64,000 nucleotides of DNA from the human T2T-CHM13v2.0 reference genome, Homo sapiens. This document shows positions 12,995-30,870 of this stretch, piece by piece. Position 1 is the first letter of the stretch. Each line of letters opens with the position of its first letter. Location: assembly GCF_009914755.1 (NCBI RefSeq), contig NC_060932.1; one strand, 5' to 3'. The translations under genes and the position numbers were made by a program. The notes under the pieces are model-generated. The model worked only from the letters and a program-made list of their open reading frames with translations. It searched no databases and had not been told where the DNA came from.

Positions 12995-14270
12995 CCACTT
13001 ATTTAATAAATATTGACTGAGTGCCTACAATGTGTCAAACACTGATGTCGTTGCTGGGAATAAAATAATGAACAAAAAAAGATATCAGGGAGGTTACCAT
13101 CATGGAGCTTTTTCATTCCAGGGAAAGAAAAGAGTTCAAAGCAATAATGAATATAAGTAACATGTCAGATGCAAAGGATTACTATGAAGAGAAAGCAGAA
13201 AGAGGCAAAAATGAGTGTTGGGTGGAGGAGGTTTCAATTTTAAGTAGAAGAGTGAGGAGGGGATAGTTTGAGTTCTGAGCCTTTCAGACATCAGAGGGAG
13301 GAGTTTTCTAGGTAGGGGATTGCCAGGAAAGGCAAGGATGCCAGAGGGCCTGGAGAAGAGTGAAAATGAGGAGAAAAGTGAGAGATGAGGCCAAGTGGGA
13401 ACAGAGGGGCCAGGCATGTGGTCCTTTAGAGGATGTAATATGGACTGTAGCTTTTATTGAGTCAGAGAGGGGAACGTTGTAGGGATTACAGCATAGCAGT
13501 GATAAGGTCTGATTTTGTAGTAGAATCATTCTGGCATATGTGTTGGAAATGAGCCATTTGGAATCTCTTGCAGAAATCCAGGAGAAAATGATGGTAGCTT
13601 AGATGAAGTTACAAGGAGGGGGCAAGAAGTGGTTTGATTCTGGATATATTCACTGAACAATTGAATGGGATGTGAGAGAAAGGGAGAGTCATGGATGACT
13701 TCTACATTTTTGGTCTGTGCAATTGGAAGGCTGGAGTTACTACTGAAGGGTAATTAGGAGTTCAGTTTTAAACATAAGTTTGAGATGTCGGCCAGATCTT
13801 TAAATGACAAAGTATGAGTCATTTACCAAGGAGAGGTATTTGATGGGAGAGGTCTAGACTGAAGAAAAAAGTTTGGGAATTGTAGACTGGTACTCAAGTC
13901 TTGAGATTGATGAGCTTACTTAAAGATGGATGTAGAGAGAAAAAAGAGAAGATCTTCTGACTGAGGCCTGGGGCACTCCAAAGTTGAGAGGCTGGGGAGA
14001 TGAGGTAGAACCAGCAATGGCATGGAGAAGTCAGTTGAGATGGGAGTAAAACCAAGGGGTGTGATGTCCTGGAAGCCAAGTGAAGAACATGTTTTAAGGA
14101 GGTGGTGATGAACAGGATCAAATAACTCTGACAGATCCAGTAAAATCAAGACTGAAAACCTGGCCATTGAATTTGGTAAAGTGGAGGTCCTCGATGGCCA
14201 TAGCAAGGGGAGTTCAGTGAAATGAGGAGTGGAAATCTAAAGTGGGTTCAAGAGATAATGGCATGGAATG
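12995..14270 (-). mobile_element. L2 fragment with RT remnant
   Basis: Reverse L2 3' end (taataaatattgactgagtgcctacaatgtg). The minus ORF 13916-14206 contains FSVLILLDLSELFDPVHH, matching the L2 RT motif LDLSxAFDTVDH. Confidence 0.88.
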
Positions 14271-14510
14271 AATGACAGGGAGACTTGGAAGAGGACCAGA
14301 CATCACATTGTGCCCCACCAACCCATGACATTAAACGGTACCTGCCTCATAGGCCTTCCCTGCTCAGTGGAGGTCTCATATAGATCTCCTAGTTTGAACA
14401 ATTCTGACTTTGAGATTATTTTAGTGAGAGGAAGAGGATGGATTCTAATGTAATCCAGCTCCTGTTTGCAGAGTGGGGTAGAGATTTACACTGGGGAGAA
14501 CTGAAGAGCT

Positions 14511-14858
14511 TGTCTGTTTAGTCAGCTTGGACTGCTATAACACAATACTATAATTTGGGTGGCTTCAACAACAAACATTTATTTCCCATTTTTCTGGAAG
14601 TCTAAGAATGCCAGCGTGGTTGGGCTCTTCCTAGTTTACAGATGGCAGCTTTCTTGCTGTATCCTCATATACAAAGATAGAGAGAGAGATAATCTCTCCC
14701 ATGTCTCTTTTTATAAGGGCACTAATCCCATGAGAGCTCCACCCTCATGAATTATTTCCCAAAGGCCCCACTTCCAAGTATCATCACTTCCAAGTATTGG
14801 GGGTTAGGCCTTCAACATATGAATTTTTGGAGCACACAAATATTCAGTTCATCACAAT
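14511..14858 (-). mobile_element. MLT1A/MST-type MaLR LTR
   Basis: ttagtcagcttggactgctataac...ataagggcactaatcccatgag...cttcaacatatgaattttt. Confidence 0.82.
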
Positions 14859-15031
14859 GTCTGTCTGGGAGAAAATGGAGAGTGGATCTCGAGCAGCAGG
14901 GAAGGATTAGGAGATGGTGCACTCCTATGAGGCAAAGTAGTGCATGGGGTATTCTGCATCAGGTTTTAGATTTCATTTGTTTCATTGTAATCTCACTATT
15001 TTCAATCCCTCAATAAAGTTTCTTCACATAC

Positions 15032-15034
<3 letters not shown>

Positions 15035-15076
<42 letters not shown>
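15035..15076. repeat. (CA)n microsatellite
   Basis: Read directly from the sequence. Confidence 0.97.
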
Positions 15077-15080
<4 letters not shown>

Positions 15081-15483
15081 GTGTTCATGGTAGGGTTGGG
15101 AATATACAGAGGGGTGGCTCTAAGTATTTTCTGGTTGAGTCTGACATGCTAATAACAGGACATATTGAGGGAAGACTGTGGTATAAGAGTTGTAGGCAGC
15201 AACCTACGGAGGAATGAATGAAACTGAACAGTGAGGGAAAACATGGAAACGCAGCTGTCAAGTAGATGTAGAAGCATAAAACAAATGGATCACCTCTTAA
15301 ATATACAAGGAAAGAGTGGCAATGTCAAATGAATGCTGGCACTTTGGCACATATGATAGGAGGAGAAGATATGAGGTGGGGAAGGTACCATTCAGGAAGC
15401 AGAGGGAAGCTCTGCTTCCCTCCCTCCAGCCTTGATTTTTAGGGCTGGCTCTCACCTATCTTGCCATGGTAGCTCTACTCTGT

Positions 15484-15999
15484 ACTTCAGATTGAGCATC
15501 CCTAATCCAAAATTCAAAATCTGAAATGCTCCAATGGGCATCTCCTTAGAGTGCCATGTCAATGCTCAAAATGTTCTGAATTTTTGAACATTTCGGATTT
15601 GGGCTTCACATGGGTTGGCTGTGTCCCCACCCAAAATCTCATCTTGAATTGTAATGCCCATAATCCCCACATGTCAAGGGCAGGACCAGGTAGAGGTAAT
15701 TGGATCGAGGGAGTGGTTTCACCCATGCTGTTCTCATGATAGTGAGTCTCACGAGATCTGATGGTTTTATAAGTGTCTGGCATTTCCCCTGCTTGCACTC
15801 TTCTCCTTCCTGCCACCTTGTGAAGGTGCCTTGCTTCCTCTTCCACCATGGTTGTAAGTTTCCTGAGGCCTCCCCAGCCATACTGAACTGTGAGTCAATT
15901 AAACCTCTTTCCTTTACAAATTACCCAGTCTCAGGCAGTCCTTTATAGCAGTATGAAAACGGACTAATACAGGATTTTCAGATCGGGGTGCTCAACCTG
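15484..15999. mobile_element. Tigger4a (Zombi) fragment split by a THE1D LTR
   Basis: ttgagcatccctaatccaaaa...gaaatgctccaatg and terminal ggtgctcaacctg|ta. Confidence 0.8.
15606..15971 (+). mobile_element. THE1D solo LTR
   Basis: ttggctgtgtccccacccaaaatctcatcttgaattgta...gagtcaattaaacctc...ggactaataca. Confidence 0.9.
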
Positions 16000-16004
16000 T
16001 ATCA

Positions 16005-16140
16005 GATATTGTTATTCCCAAATTACAGATGAGAAAGTTGAAGTGGAGTAAGATAAAGGGATTTGATCAAGTTCAAGGTTTTTGAATGTGTTAACAGTAG
16101 AGCCAGGTTTAGAATTGTCTTATTACTCTCAGTATTAAAA
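16005..16140 (-). mobile_element. MIR fragment
   Basis: attcccaaattacagatgagaaagttgaag. Confidence 0.6.
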
Positions 16141-16221
16141 TACTGAGTGGTGTTGATGAAGAAATGAGTAAGATGAAGCTCTTCCCCTTTTCCCAACCTC
16201 GGCTTTCCTGTCTCATAGTTT

Positions 16222-16442
16222 AGGGCAGGGCTTCTCAGCCTGGGCACTCTTGACATCAGGGGCTAGTTAATTCTTTTTGGGGGTGGCACCTTGCAGTGTA
16301 TGATGTTTAGCAGCATTCCTGGCTTCTACTCACTAGAGGCCAGAAGCACCACTTCCCCCAGCTGTGGCAAGCAAAAATGTCTCCAGATATTGCCAAATAT
16401 CCCCTATGTGGGGAAAACATCTGTGGCTCAGAACAGCAGTTC
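16222..16442. mobile_element. MER20 (hAT-Charlie)
   Basis: cttctcagcctgggcactcttgacat...tttagcagcattcctggc...aatgtctccagatattgccaaat. Confidence 0.85.
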
Positions 16443-17759
16443 AGTTTAGAGTCTCCATTCAGCTTGGACTGAGTTCAAGCTGCCACAGTTTCCCAGCAAA
16501 GCTGAGTACAGGGGTATCCGGAGGCTCTCGATGGCATGCACCCTGTGCAGTCTCCTGGGGTCTGTGAGCTGGCCTAATTGTGGCACCTCCTACCCTGGTG
16601 GGATCCCTGCACTGTCTCTTTCACAAGGACCTTTACTTTGCTTGCCCCTCCCTCTAAGGAAGTTCCCTTGTATACACTTAGCTTTCTACCTCTATTTCCT
16701 ATATTCCCTCAACTGTCCAGAAAAGACAGCAAAGAACAGGTATAAGGTGACTTCTCTGATTCAGTGTCTATTAGCTAAATGCACAGCAAGTATATGTGGC
16801 TGTTAAACAGCAGAAAATATTATACACCTGGATTTGATTGGATTTATCTCTGATCAGGATGAGCAAGTAGAGAAGCTGATGGATATTTGTTTGTAGGAAA
16901 AAAAAATTATCACCATTCAGTCAAAAAGGATTTAATGAATACCGAATCTAAATTTGCTTAGCACGGTAGCTTTAACCCCAGATGTATCATTTCCATACAG
17001 AAATGAGGAGGCATTAATTTGGAATTCTATTTTAAGTATTATATATTTTTTTAATCTGTCTGATTTTCCCAGCAACCCCTGGATATGCTTGGATTCCTCC
17101 AGAAAGCCTGGCTTGTTGCTTGGATTTTGTGTGTTTCAGTACATTCTATTGGAATGTTTTCTTTCAGACATTTATATCTGCCAAGTCCGTGACATTTCTC
17201 TCATGAAGCGTGCCTCCACGAGTCACCAAATGCTTATTGTTAAGCTGTAGCTTAATTTCTGCATTGACTAATTCTGCTTTATGCATAAAAGCCTGCTGGT
17301 CTTCTGCTCAGGGAGTGGACTCAGGAGTAGCCACTGGGAGGGCAGGGAGAGGTCTGGAAAGAGATTCTCAGACCTTTATCGGTTTGTTTTCCAATTTAAA
17401 TTCATCAGGACACTCTATTCTTAATTCAGGGCATGTTATGATTTAGTGAAAGAACTGCTTCTTACTGCTCCGCTTGTGATTTATTAGTAAGGGGCGTCCT
17501 GGATGCTGGAAGGCTGGGATATCATTTAGTTGACAATGTTAGGCTCTTTGGAATCTTCTCCTATATCCTGTTTTCTGAATTATTTCCTTATGGGAAGGTT
17601 TTCCCTATAGTCATCACTTAAATTATGCAGGATAGTTCTTGGTTTGATATATTATTAGAGAGTCATGAGCCTCTGATATGAGTTTAAATACAGTAGCTCT
17701 AGATAATTTTCCCATGAATGGTCTCATTTGGTCACGTGAGGTTTTCAGGAACAGCCACT

Positions 17760-18240
17760 GTCCCAGCTTTGCCTAACAACCTCCTCCCTGGTCTGCTTGC
17801 CACTATACAGTATACAGGCTGATAAAATTACCCACTTTCCCAGCCTCTCTTAAAACTAGGCATTTCTATGTGACCTAGTTCAGGCCAATGAGATGATAAA
17901 GGAAGTTTACCGGGTTTGGGGAGGTTCTGGGAAAGATATTTTCTCATTGATGAAAAAAGCGTACAAGGATAGTGCTCTCTAACTTCCCTGACTACTTACC
18001 TGTTTCCTACTTCTGACTATGGCCAGGTGAGATGGCTGACACTGTGGCAGCCCTCTTGTGACCATGAGGGAAAGGTCTTTCCTCAAGAGAATTGCAGAGA
18101 TCCCAATTCTGCATATCTGCCAAGATGTAGAGATCTTGGCATAATAGGAAACCCAACTAAGAGGGGTTTAAACACTAAGAACATTTTTTTTTTAATGGTA
18201 GCTATTGCCAGTGGTGATTCTATAACCTGCAGCTAAAAGT
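17760..18240 (+). mobile_element. Old ERVL/MaLR LTR fragment
   Basis: ttcccagcctctctt...atgtgacctagttcaggccaatgagatg...cttgtgaccatgaggg. Confidence 0.6.
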
Positions 18241-19490
18241 AGCAATAGCAACTAAAGCTCCATCACCAATATTTACACACTTCCTAATGGAGCAAATGCT
18301 AAAGGTTCAGGCTTTTGACCTCAGCAGGGTCTTCTTTCTTTATGCCTAACTGTATATATAGTTTATAAAATTAAATACTTACAAAGTACTTCTACAAATG
18401 GATAATAAAATATATAGATAATAGGATTTGAAGAGATATAATTTCAAATTATGCTTAATTCAAAAGAATCTTTAAAATTTACCAAATCCAGCAAATAAAA
18501 CAGTAAAAGCAAAAGAATAGGTCCTAAGATGCAAGTATCTGTATAACATTTAAGTCTGGATTAAGGCAAAACAATGAAGAAGCTCTGAAATTCCATACTC
18601 TATGATTTAAATAACATAATAACAATTTAATTTGTCCCCCGCCCTTTAACTCTGGAGTCTCCCTTAGATCCTTCTCTACTTTGAAGTCAAGTTGTTAGTG
18701 AGTACCGTAGGGATCATTCTCTTATTATCTTCAAAAGAAACAACATAAACAGGCAGCAGTTCCCCGGCTCTCTGAGCCAGGTTCATCCACTTTCCTTTGG
18801 TTTTCTACATCAAGGCCAGCAGTATTTGAAGTAAAGCCTCTTCATAACATTCGGAACATTTTTGAAGAGACTTTGCCTTTTGTTCACAACTGAACTTAAA
18901 TTAAGGACAAATGTAAAGTTGGTAAAAGGCTCAGACATGTAGATGGCATTTTGAATATAACTGTTTAAGATACAGGACCTTACAGGATTTGAAAACCAAA
19001 ATTACATTTAGACTGACAGCTTGTATGCAGCAAGATTCATCTCAATGTAATTTTAAAGAGCTGAGAGCCTAAGCTGCGGGAATCAGCCTTTGAAAGAAAA
19101 AGATGAGCTCAATATGCCATGGCTGTGCTACTTGAGCAACTACAAGATGTTCAAATATGCTAACTCTGAGCAGGGTAATGCACTGTGACATGTTCAGAGG
19201 AGGAACTGAATTCCACGAGACAAGAAAGCCAGTGATACAGGCTTTTATGCAAGTTGATTAATAAACTTCTCAAAGGATTATACCACAATCAACTGCTTTC
19301 TCTGGAATAATGTACAACAGGAGGTGAAAAACTTCTCAACTAACAGCTGGTAGCAGAATTCATTGCAGAGAGGGAGCTGCCTCTGGTAGACAAAGCCTTC
19401 TAGGATGTCTCTTGGGGAAGACGGTGAGACTCCAAGGCTTGGGTGTTGACTGGCCCTGCAGAAACCCAGAAGGAAACGGCAAACTGCTCA

Positions 19491-20284
<794 letters not shown>

Positions 20285-20662
20285 TTACTTGCAATATGAC
20301 TAGTGAGGTCTGTGCTGGGCAGGAAGTTGGGCATCTTCACCTGGACTCTTCTGTGTTTCTGTGGCTGGCTAGATGCTCTGTTTACTGCTCCAGGTGCACC
20401 CTCCACCCTTTTCTGTCCTCTGTGGACCAGGCTTCTGGTGGTCTTTGGCTCATGGAGGGGCGGTGGGCGGGGGTTCCTATGTGGAACTTTGGTAGGAGTT
20501 TAGAAGGAGGAAGCAGAAGTTTCTATTTCCTCTGACTTCCTGTCTGTGAGGTCCCTTTGGTTAAATGTGGCCTTATCTGAAGATCACTGCTTCCTTTAAG
20601 GGGACTGTCTTTCCTTTCAGGTTTTAATAACCATCCCCCTTCCTTCCTACCTCAGCCCCAGG

Positions 20663-21099
20663 TAGGGTGATCAGTTATCTTGGTTTGCTGGAACTAAAGT
20701 TATTCCCAGGACCTAGGACTTTGAGTTTTAAAACTGGGAAGTCAGTCAGGTGTAGTGGCTCACATCTGTAATCCTAGCACTTTGGGAGGCTGAGGTGGGA
20801 GGATCACTTCAGACCAGTAGTTCAAGACCTGCCTGGGTGAAAGAGTGAGACCACCATCTCTACAAAATTTTTTTTTTTAAATAATAAGTAGCTGGTGATG
20901 GTGGCATATGCCTGTAGTCCTAGCTACTCAGGAGGCTGAGGTGGGAGGATTGCTTGAGCCTAGGAGTCCGAGGCTACAGTGAGCTACGATTGTGCTGCTG
21001 CACTCCAGCCTCAGCGATAGAGTGAAACCCTGTCTCTAAAAAATGAATAAATAAATAAACTGGAAGTCCCGGGCAAACTGGCATAAGTTGGTCATCCTA
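20663..21099. mobile_element. MER81 (hAT-Blackjack MITE) carrying an AluJ insertion
   Basis: TIRs TAGGGTGATCA...TTGGTCATCCTA; 8-bp TSD gccccagg/gccctagg (20655-20662, 21100-21107). Confidence 0.85.
20744..21058 (+). mobile_element. AluJ inside MER81
   Basis: J-type sequence; TSD-like aaactgggaagtc/aaactggaagtc. Confidence 0.92.
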
Positions 21100-21802
21100 G
21101 CCCTAGGACGGTTAACAGCTCTACTTCAGGTTCTCGAATTATCTCTTCTGGTTCCCCTATACCTCAGCCCTGCTTTGCTAAATAGTGCTTTTGCAGAAAC
21201 AAACACACCCTTCTGGAATTATCATATTCAAGTATGCTTCCTCTTTCCTGCTGGGACTTTGTGTGATGCTATGAGTATCCATGAACATCCGTGTCCATTT
21301 CCTCTCTGGACTTCAGTGTCCTCTATGGCCAAATAAGAGGGCTACACCAGAACATTCCCTGCATTTTTCCAGCTCCAGCATCAGACTAACATCTGACAAT
21401 ACCTGACTAAAGTGGTTGAAAAGAAAATCATGATCTTTAGCTGTTAAAAATGTTAAACTATCTACTTTCATCCCATTGTAGTCTTCTAGGAATTCTGCCC
21501 AAACAATTCACGAAGGGCCTTTTATTGCCAGGTCTTGGCTGCACCTGGGGGAGGCTGAGATGCAGGTCAAGTGGTCCTGGCCCGGGAGAGGGTCATGTCT
21601 GGAGGAAAGGAGGTAGAGGTCAAACTATTATCAGATTATTACACTGCAATGTGCTACCTGTGGAACAAGATTAATAATAGTACCCTAGATGCCAAAGGAG
21701 GAATTCCAACCAAGTTCAGGGGGATCACCGAAGGCTTCCTGGAAGAAGGGAAACCTGAACCTTTTCCGGATGAGGAGGGGCAGAAAACATGGAAAGGGCA
21801 GG

Positions 21803-21967
21803 CATCCTTCTTATAAGGACACCAGTCCTGTTGGATGAGGGCCACATCCTTATAACCTCATTTAACACTGATCACCTCCTTACAGGCCCTTTCTCCAAAT
21901 GCCGTCATATTGGGGGTAAGGGCTTCAATATATGAATTTTGAGGAGACATGATTTAGTCTGTAATAT
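21803..21967 (-). mobile_element. MLT1A/B LTR fragment
   Basis: cttataaggacaccagtc...acctcatttaac...ggcttcaatatatgaatttt. Confidence 0.75.
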
Positions 21968-22068
21968 GACACATTTGGGGAATATGGTCATGGTTTACAA
22001 AGAGGTTTTGCATATGTTTTCTTGGCTTCTATCTTGGTAACGACCTGGTAAGGTTAGCCACGACTTAA

Positions 22069-22387
<319 letters not shown>

Positions 22388-22460
22388 TGACCCTCCTTTT
22401 AAAGGCTCAGATTCCTCCCTGACTTGCCCATGGTTACATCCATAATAAATGGCAACAGTC

Positions 22461-23001
<541 letters not shown>

Positions 23002-23354
23002 TCAGGGGAGATTTTCTGTTACCAGTTAATTATCACTTACATTTGTCAGGAAGGGAAAAAGTGCCTCTCACATTTTATTTTAAAATATGAAAATCTTGGA
23101 GAATTTTGAGGGCAATTTGCTGTTCTTTCACTTCCACGGGCAGCCCAGAGTCAGGCCTGAAATGTGGTGGCATAAGGCCTGTCAGTGGGGCCCCTGAGGA
23201 GTCCTACAGTGGATGGCTGTAGGACCGGTGCTTTCACAGTTAACAGAATGCAAATAATGCAGTGAGGGCCTGAGAAGGGAAGAGAAGGGATGGAAATGAA
23301 AGATGGACCTCAAAGCAATTCACTAGAGGGGATTTGAACCTGGAAGCGTTGGCA

Positions 23355-23643
23355 ATGCTAAGTCAATGAAGCCAGATACAAAAGACCACATTGTACGATT
23401 CCATTTACAGGAAATATCCAGAATAGGCAAATCCACAGAGACAGAAGACAGGTTAGTAGTTGCCAGGAGATGGAGGTTGGAGTGGGGAGGATAAGAAGTT
23501 GCTGCTTAATGGCTACAGGTTTCCTTCTAGGGTGATAAAACCTTCTGGAACTAGATAATGGTGATGGTTGCAGAACATTGCAAATGTACTAAATGTCACG
23601 AATGGAAATTTTTTATGTTAAGAGTATTGCAGTAAAATTAAAA
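23355..23643 (+). mobile_element. L1MB 3'UTR fragment
   Basis: gaagccagatacaaaagaccacattgtacgattccattt...aataggcaaatccacagagacag. Confidence 0.82.
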
Positions 23644-23858
23644 CACGTGTGTGCACATGTGCATACACAAATCATAGGTTCATTAATACAAATTTCAATC
23701 TCTAATGTGCTTCCAGCATACCTAATTAGTTCTCATCCAGATTGTACCTAAATATATATTTTCACTATGAAAAAATTTCCATTTCAAAAGTAAACCTCTT
23801 TCATTTTTTAGGAAGCCCTAAATGTAGAAACTCATTATTAAAGTGAAATATGGATATA

Positions 23859-23861
<3 letters not shown>

Positions 23862-23927
<66 letters not shown>
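23862..23927. repeat. (GA)33 microsatellite
   Basis: Uninterrupted run, read directly. Confidence 0.98.
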
Positions 23928-23930
<3 letters not shown>

Positions 23931-26900
23931 ATTGCCAGGTGATCAGGTTGAAAAGAGTATCAGGTATCTCAGGTATCAATATCATCTCATACTGATATTT
24001 TTGCTGTAAGAAATGGTGCAGTTCTGGGCAAGAGGCAACAGTCTTGCAAAGAATGGCTGTGTAATATTATGCTCTAATCTGATGCAGGCTTGCTGCCTTT
24101 TCTTGAATAGAGTTTTTTTTTGTTAAAAGTCTTGTGTGGGTTACAGAAGTTATGCCTCAGAGTATTCCAGAATTTGGCTGTAGATTATTCAAAATCGGGC
24201 CTTAGTGAGGCTCTGACATAGATTGGACAGAAATCTAAAGAAAATTTTCACAATTTTCTATTCAATAATAATTCTATTCAATAATACTACTATGCCCATT
24301 TTCTTTAAGTGAGAAAATATGTTCCTACTTGAAAAAATGCATGAGTAAAACCATATTTACCAGAAACATTATATATTTTATAAGCAGGTATACAGTAAAA
24401 TGTCTTCAAATCATAAAGCTCCCAAGTGCTTTGATTTGATTTATGAAATATCACTCATTCACATTTCCTAAAACATGTCTATTGTATAAGCCCATATAAT
24501 AGACATTTCCCTTTCTGTACTATAACCCAAATAGCACATGCATAGTTTGATATTAGGAAGATTAATAGTTCAGAAATTATTGTACATTGTGATGTAATGA
24601 ACAGTGAAAAGATCAATAGGAAAAAGTAACTGGCTCCCCGTAAGCAGAGCTGGGGGTAGTTTATGTGAGGAAAGGCTGCAGCAGCTTCTCTTGACTTCTG
24701 ACTCACTCAGGCCATGGTACCCCAGTTCCTCATCATCATGCACCAGCTTGCTTCTGTGCTTCTCACAGCTCCTCTGGAGTGTCATGAGTAATTAGGGCTC
24801 CATTCCACAGGGGTGTTGAAGAGCTTTGTGGTGACACACAAAAAAGATGTGAATTTTGTCCCTGGGAACTAGCAATGTTTTATATGTTCAAAGCCCTGCT
24901 TTTAGACTGTTCTCAGCATCAGAACATTTGAACAATGCCTTATCTTTTATCATCATTGTAGCGGAAAAATACTAGCCTGAGGATGTGGGCTGTGAAAAGC
25001 TGTCTTTTTCAAATACTAAAGGTAGGCAGAGCCTGCCTACCTTTAGTATTTGGTAATGACGGTAGATGCTTTCTGCAACCCGTACTCAGATCTGACTCAA
25101 TGTGGGGAGAAACTAGAAATACCAGGACATCTCTGGAAAAATGTAAGAGCAGCGAAGGAGAAGCCAAGAGGAAAGGAAGCTTTGTTTCAGACCTGAGGAG
25201 AGGGAGATGTAACCAGGTTAAGATACAAAGGATGTGAAAAATATGCATCTTTTTTCAGAAAGTGGTGAAGACTGGGGAGAGGAGGACCCACGCAAAGCTT
25301 CTATTCATTGAAGCTTTGAGACCTGTGATTTTCTCTAAATGTGGGAGGGGCAGGCAGCTTGAGATGAAGGAGACACGGAGAACACAGTGTGATGCTGAAA
25401 ACTTTCCCTCTCTGTCTCCTCCCTTCCTGTGGATTTATGAGGCAGGCAGGCAAATCGGTGTGCAAACAATAGGTTTGCTGGAATAACAGCTGGGTAAATG
25501 GCAAATTATGTAATTTTGCAGGCGCACACAGATCTGCAGTTGCGCAGAAGTGAAATTATATGAGGTGAAGGGCTCCGCTATGCCAGCTCTGGGGCTGAGT
25601 GTTCTGTGCTGGGGAAGGGTTTTATTTGGAGCCTGTCTTACAGCCTGCAGTTCTGTGCTGCGCCATCCCAAGCACGGAGGTGGTGTTTACTCACTCGTGT
25701 GAAGAGGACGTTTTAACTCTCCATCTTCCCCTCCAGTGTGCAGTATCGATTTTCTGCTATAAGGAGACAGAAAACCTTTCTTCAGAGTATCTTTGGAGGC
25801 AGAGTTGGCTGTGGATCTGGTTTTGTGAGAAAAGGCCTGAATCCAGGGAACGCACAATCTTGTTCTCAGTCTCAAATTGTGTTTGTGCAGTTTACTAGTC
25901 ATAACAAGTTCATGTTTGACTGTTAGTTGTTCAAGAAAAATCCAACAGACTGAAGCTGTTTCATTACTTGATTAGTCTAAAGAAGTCTGGATAATTAGCC
26001 TGCTAATTAATATCTATGTCTATTGTGTGGTTTGAGCTGACATATTTTGAAGGTGGAGCCAGTTCAAAAATGTAGAAATAATTACTCTATAAAACTGGGC
26101 ATGAGGCATCTTTTCATGGGATTTTACCTTGAATATGCAAATGCTTTCTCTTTTGAAATGTGATTTGCAAAAACGAGAAACATTTGAAAATTCTCCAATC
26201 TGGACCAGTTTTTTACAGGAGTTTATAGAAACCCTGATCCTGCCTTGCAGGCATAAAAGGCTTACTAGCAGCATCTTGTAAAAGAAAAAAAAAATTAACA
26301 GAGCTATCCCTTGCTCTAAAAAATCCTCCGTATATAATATGCTGAATTTGTAGTCTTGATAAAGCAGAGAGTTAGTCTTTTATTACTTTGAAATTAAGTA
26401 CTCAGGTTCATTGGCTCCCCATTGTTTATCAAGTTAAGTATGGATTTCCAAGCCTAGTTTTCAAAAGGCCTTGAACACATACAACTCAACATCTACAGGT
26501 CCAATGTGAGATGGCAACTTAGTTTTATTAGACATAAATACCATAAAATACAATCCTCAAACATAGGAGAAATTCCTGATATTATTTCTCTCAAAGTGAG
26601 AGGAAAAGACAGGATATTTGAGGCAAAGAGGTACTGGTTTGTCAAGGCACTGATTTATTTAAGATCTATTTCCTGAGAAGTAACCGAGGAAGTATCATAC
26701 ATGGTAATCAAACTGAAAATCTGCCTTTATGAAGTTATTGGTGGCTTCTAGTACTAGAGGTTGAAGCCTTAATATATTTTGGAGCTCACCTCTTTGTTTG
26801 GAAATAACCAACTTTGGTGGTATCTTTTAGTGATGTAGAAGTGAGGCAAATAAGAAAGGTTCTTGGTGGAAGAGAACTGGCACTTTTCTGTTTGAGGTTC

Positions 26901-27462
26901 CATGTTCTATAACATATTTGATGGATTAAAGTGATCGTGATTGAAGACAGCTGTTTATAAATGAAGACCTCAAGAGGAAACTCACTTTAAGGAGAAGGGC
27001 AGTCTAGAGTGGTGGCCAGGGCCAGCAGCGTCATTAGAAGAAGACACAGGGTGTGGGTGGCATGAGAACACCTCTTGGCAGACAATGGATTATGGTTTTG
27101 AGGCTCTGACTGACAATGGTGTGCTATGAGAGATCGATTCCAGCCCTTCCCTGTACCCCAGGAGGTACTGCCACAGCAGCAGGTTCCTTACCACCAGAGC
27201 GTGACTGGGAGAGAGCAGAGGCTGCTCAGGATCGCTGGAGTACCTGGTTAAGAGCCTGTTTTCACAGAGACCCCATGATGCAGAGAATGGAGCATTTCAG
27301 AAGATAGGCACCATTTCCAAGCCCGCTGGAATTCTTGACTTATTCTGTGGCCTAGGGGTTGGGTAAGGGGTGCGGGTGTGTCTTTGTATCGAGGAAAGAC
27401 ATACATAATTGAGATAAGTGGAATTGGTTAATTTTAAAACAAAATTAAATGTGACCTAATTA

Positions 27463-29700
<2,238 letters not shown>

Positions 29701-29846
29701 ACATCAGTCATGCATTGCTTAATGATGGGGATACATTGAAAAATGCATCATTTGATGATTTTGTCATTGTGCAAACATCACAGTGAACTTAACCAAACCT
29801 ATATGGTACAGCCTACTATACACCTATGCTATATGGTGTAACCGAC

Positions 29847-30700
<854 letters not shown>

Positions 30701-30870
30701 TCTTTCTGTTGACCACAGAAGGGACTATAAGGAGGAAACTCCCAATCCAAATGTTAACTTTGGGTAAGTGGTGGGGTCCTGTAACATCCTCCTGGTGACC
30801 ACAGAAGCGATTATGGTGCAGAAACCCTGACCCAACAGCTATCTTTGGGTAAGTGTTGGAGTCCTATACT
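30701..30870 (+). mobile_element. MER41 internal leader remnant with a duplicated PBS-like site and splice donor
   Basis: TG(G/T)TGACCACAGAAG(G/C)GA twice and GGGTAAGT twice, with an 85-86 bp period. Confidence 0.7.

Noticed and set aside
13916-14206. ORF with a reverse-transcriptase-like motif
   Set aside because: Decayed L2 RT remnant with a degenerate motif and no extended frame; no sign of domestication
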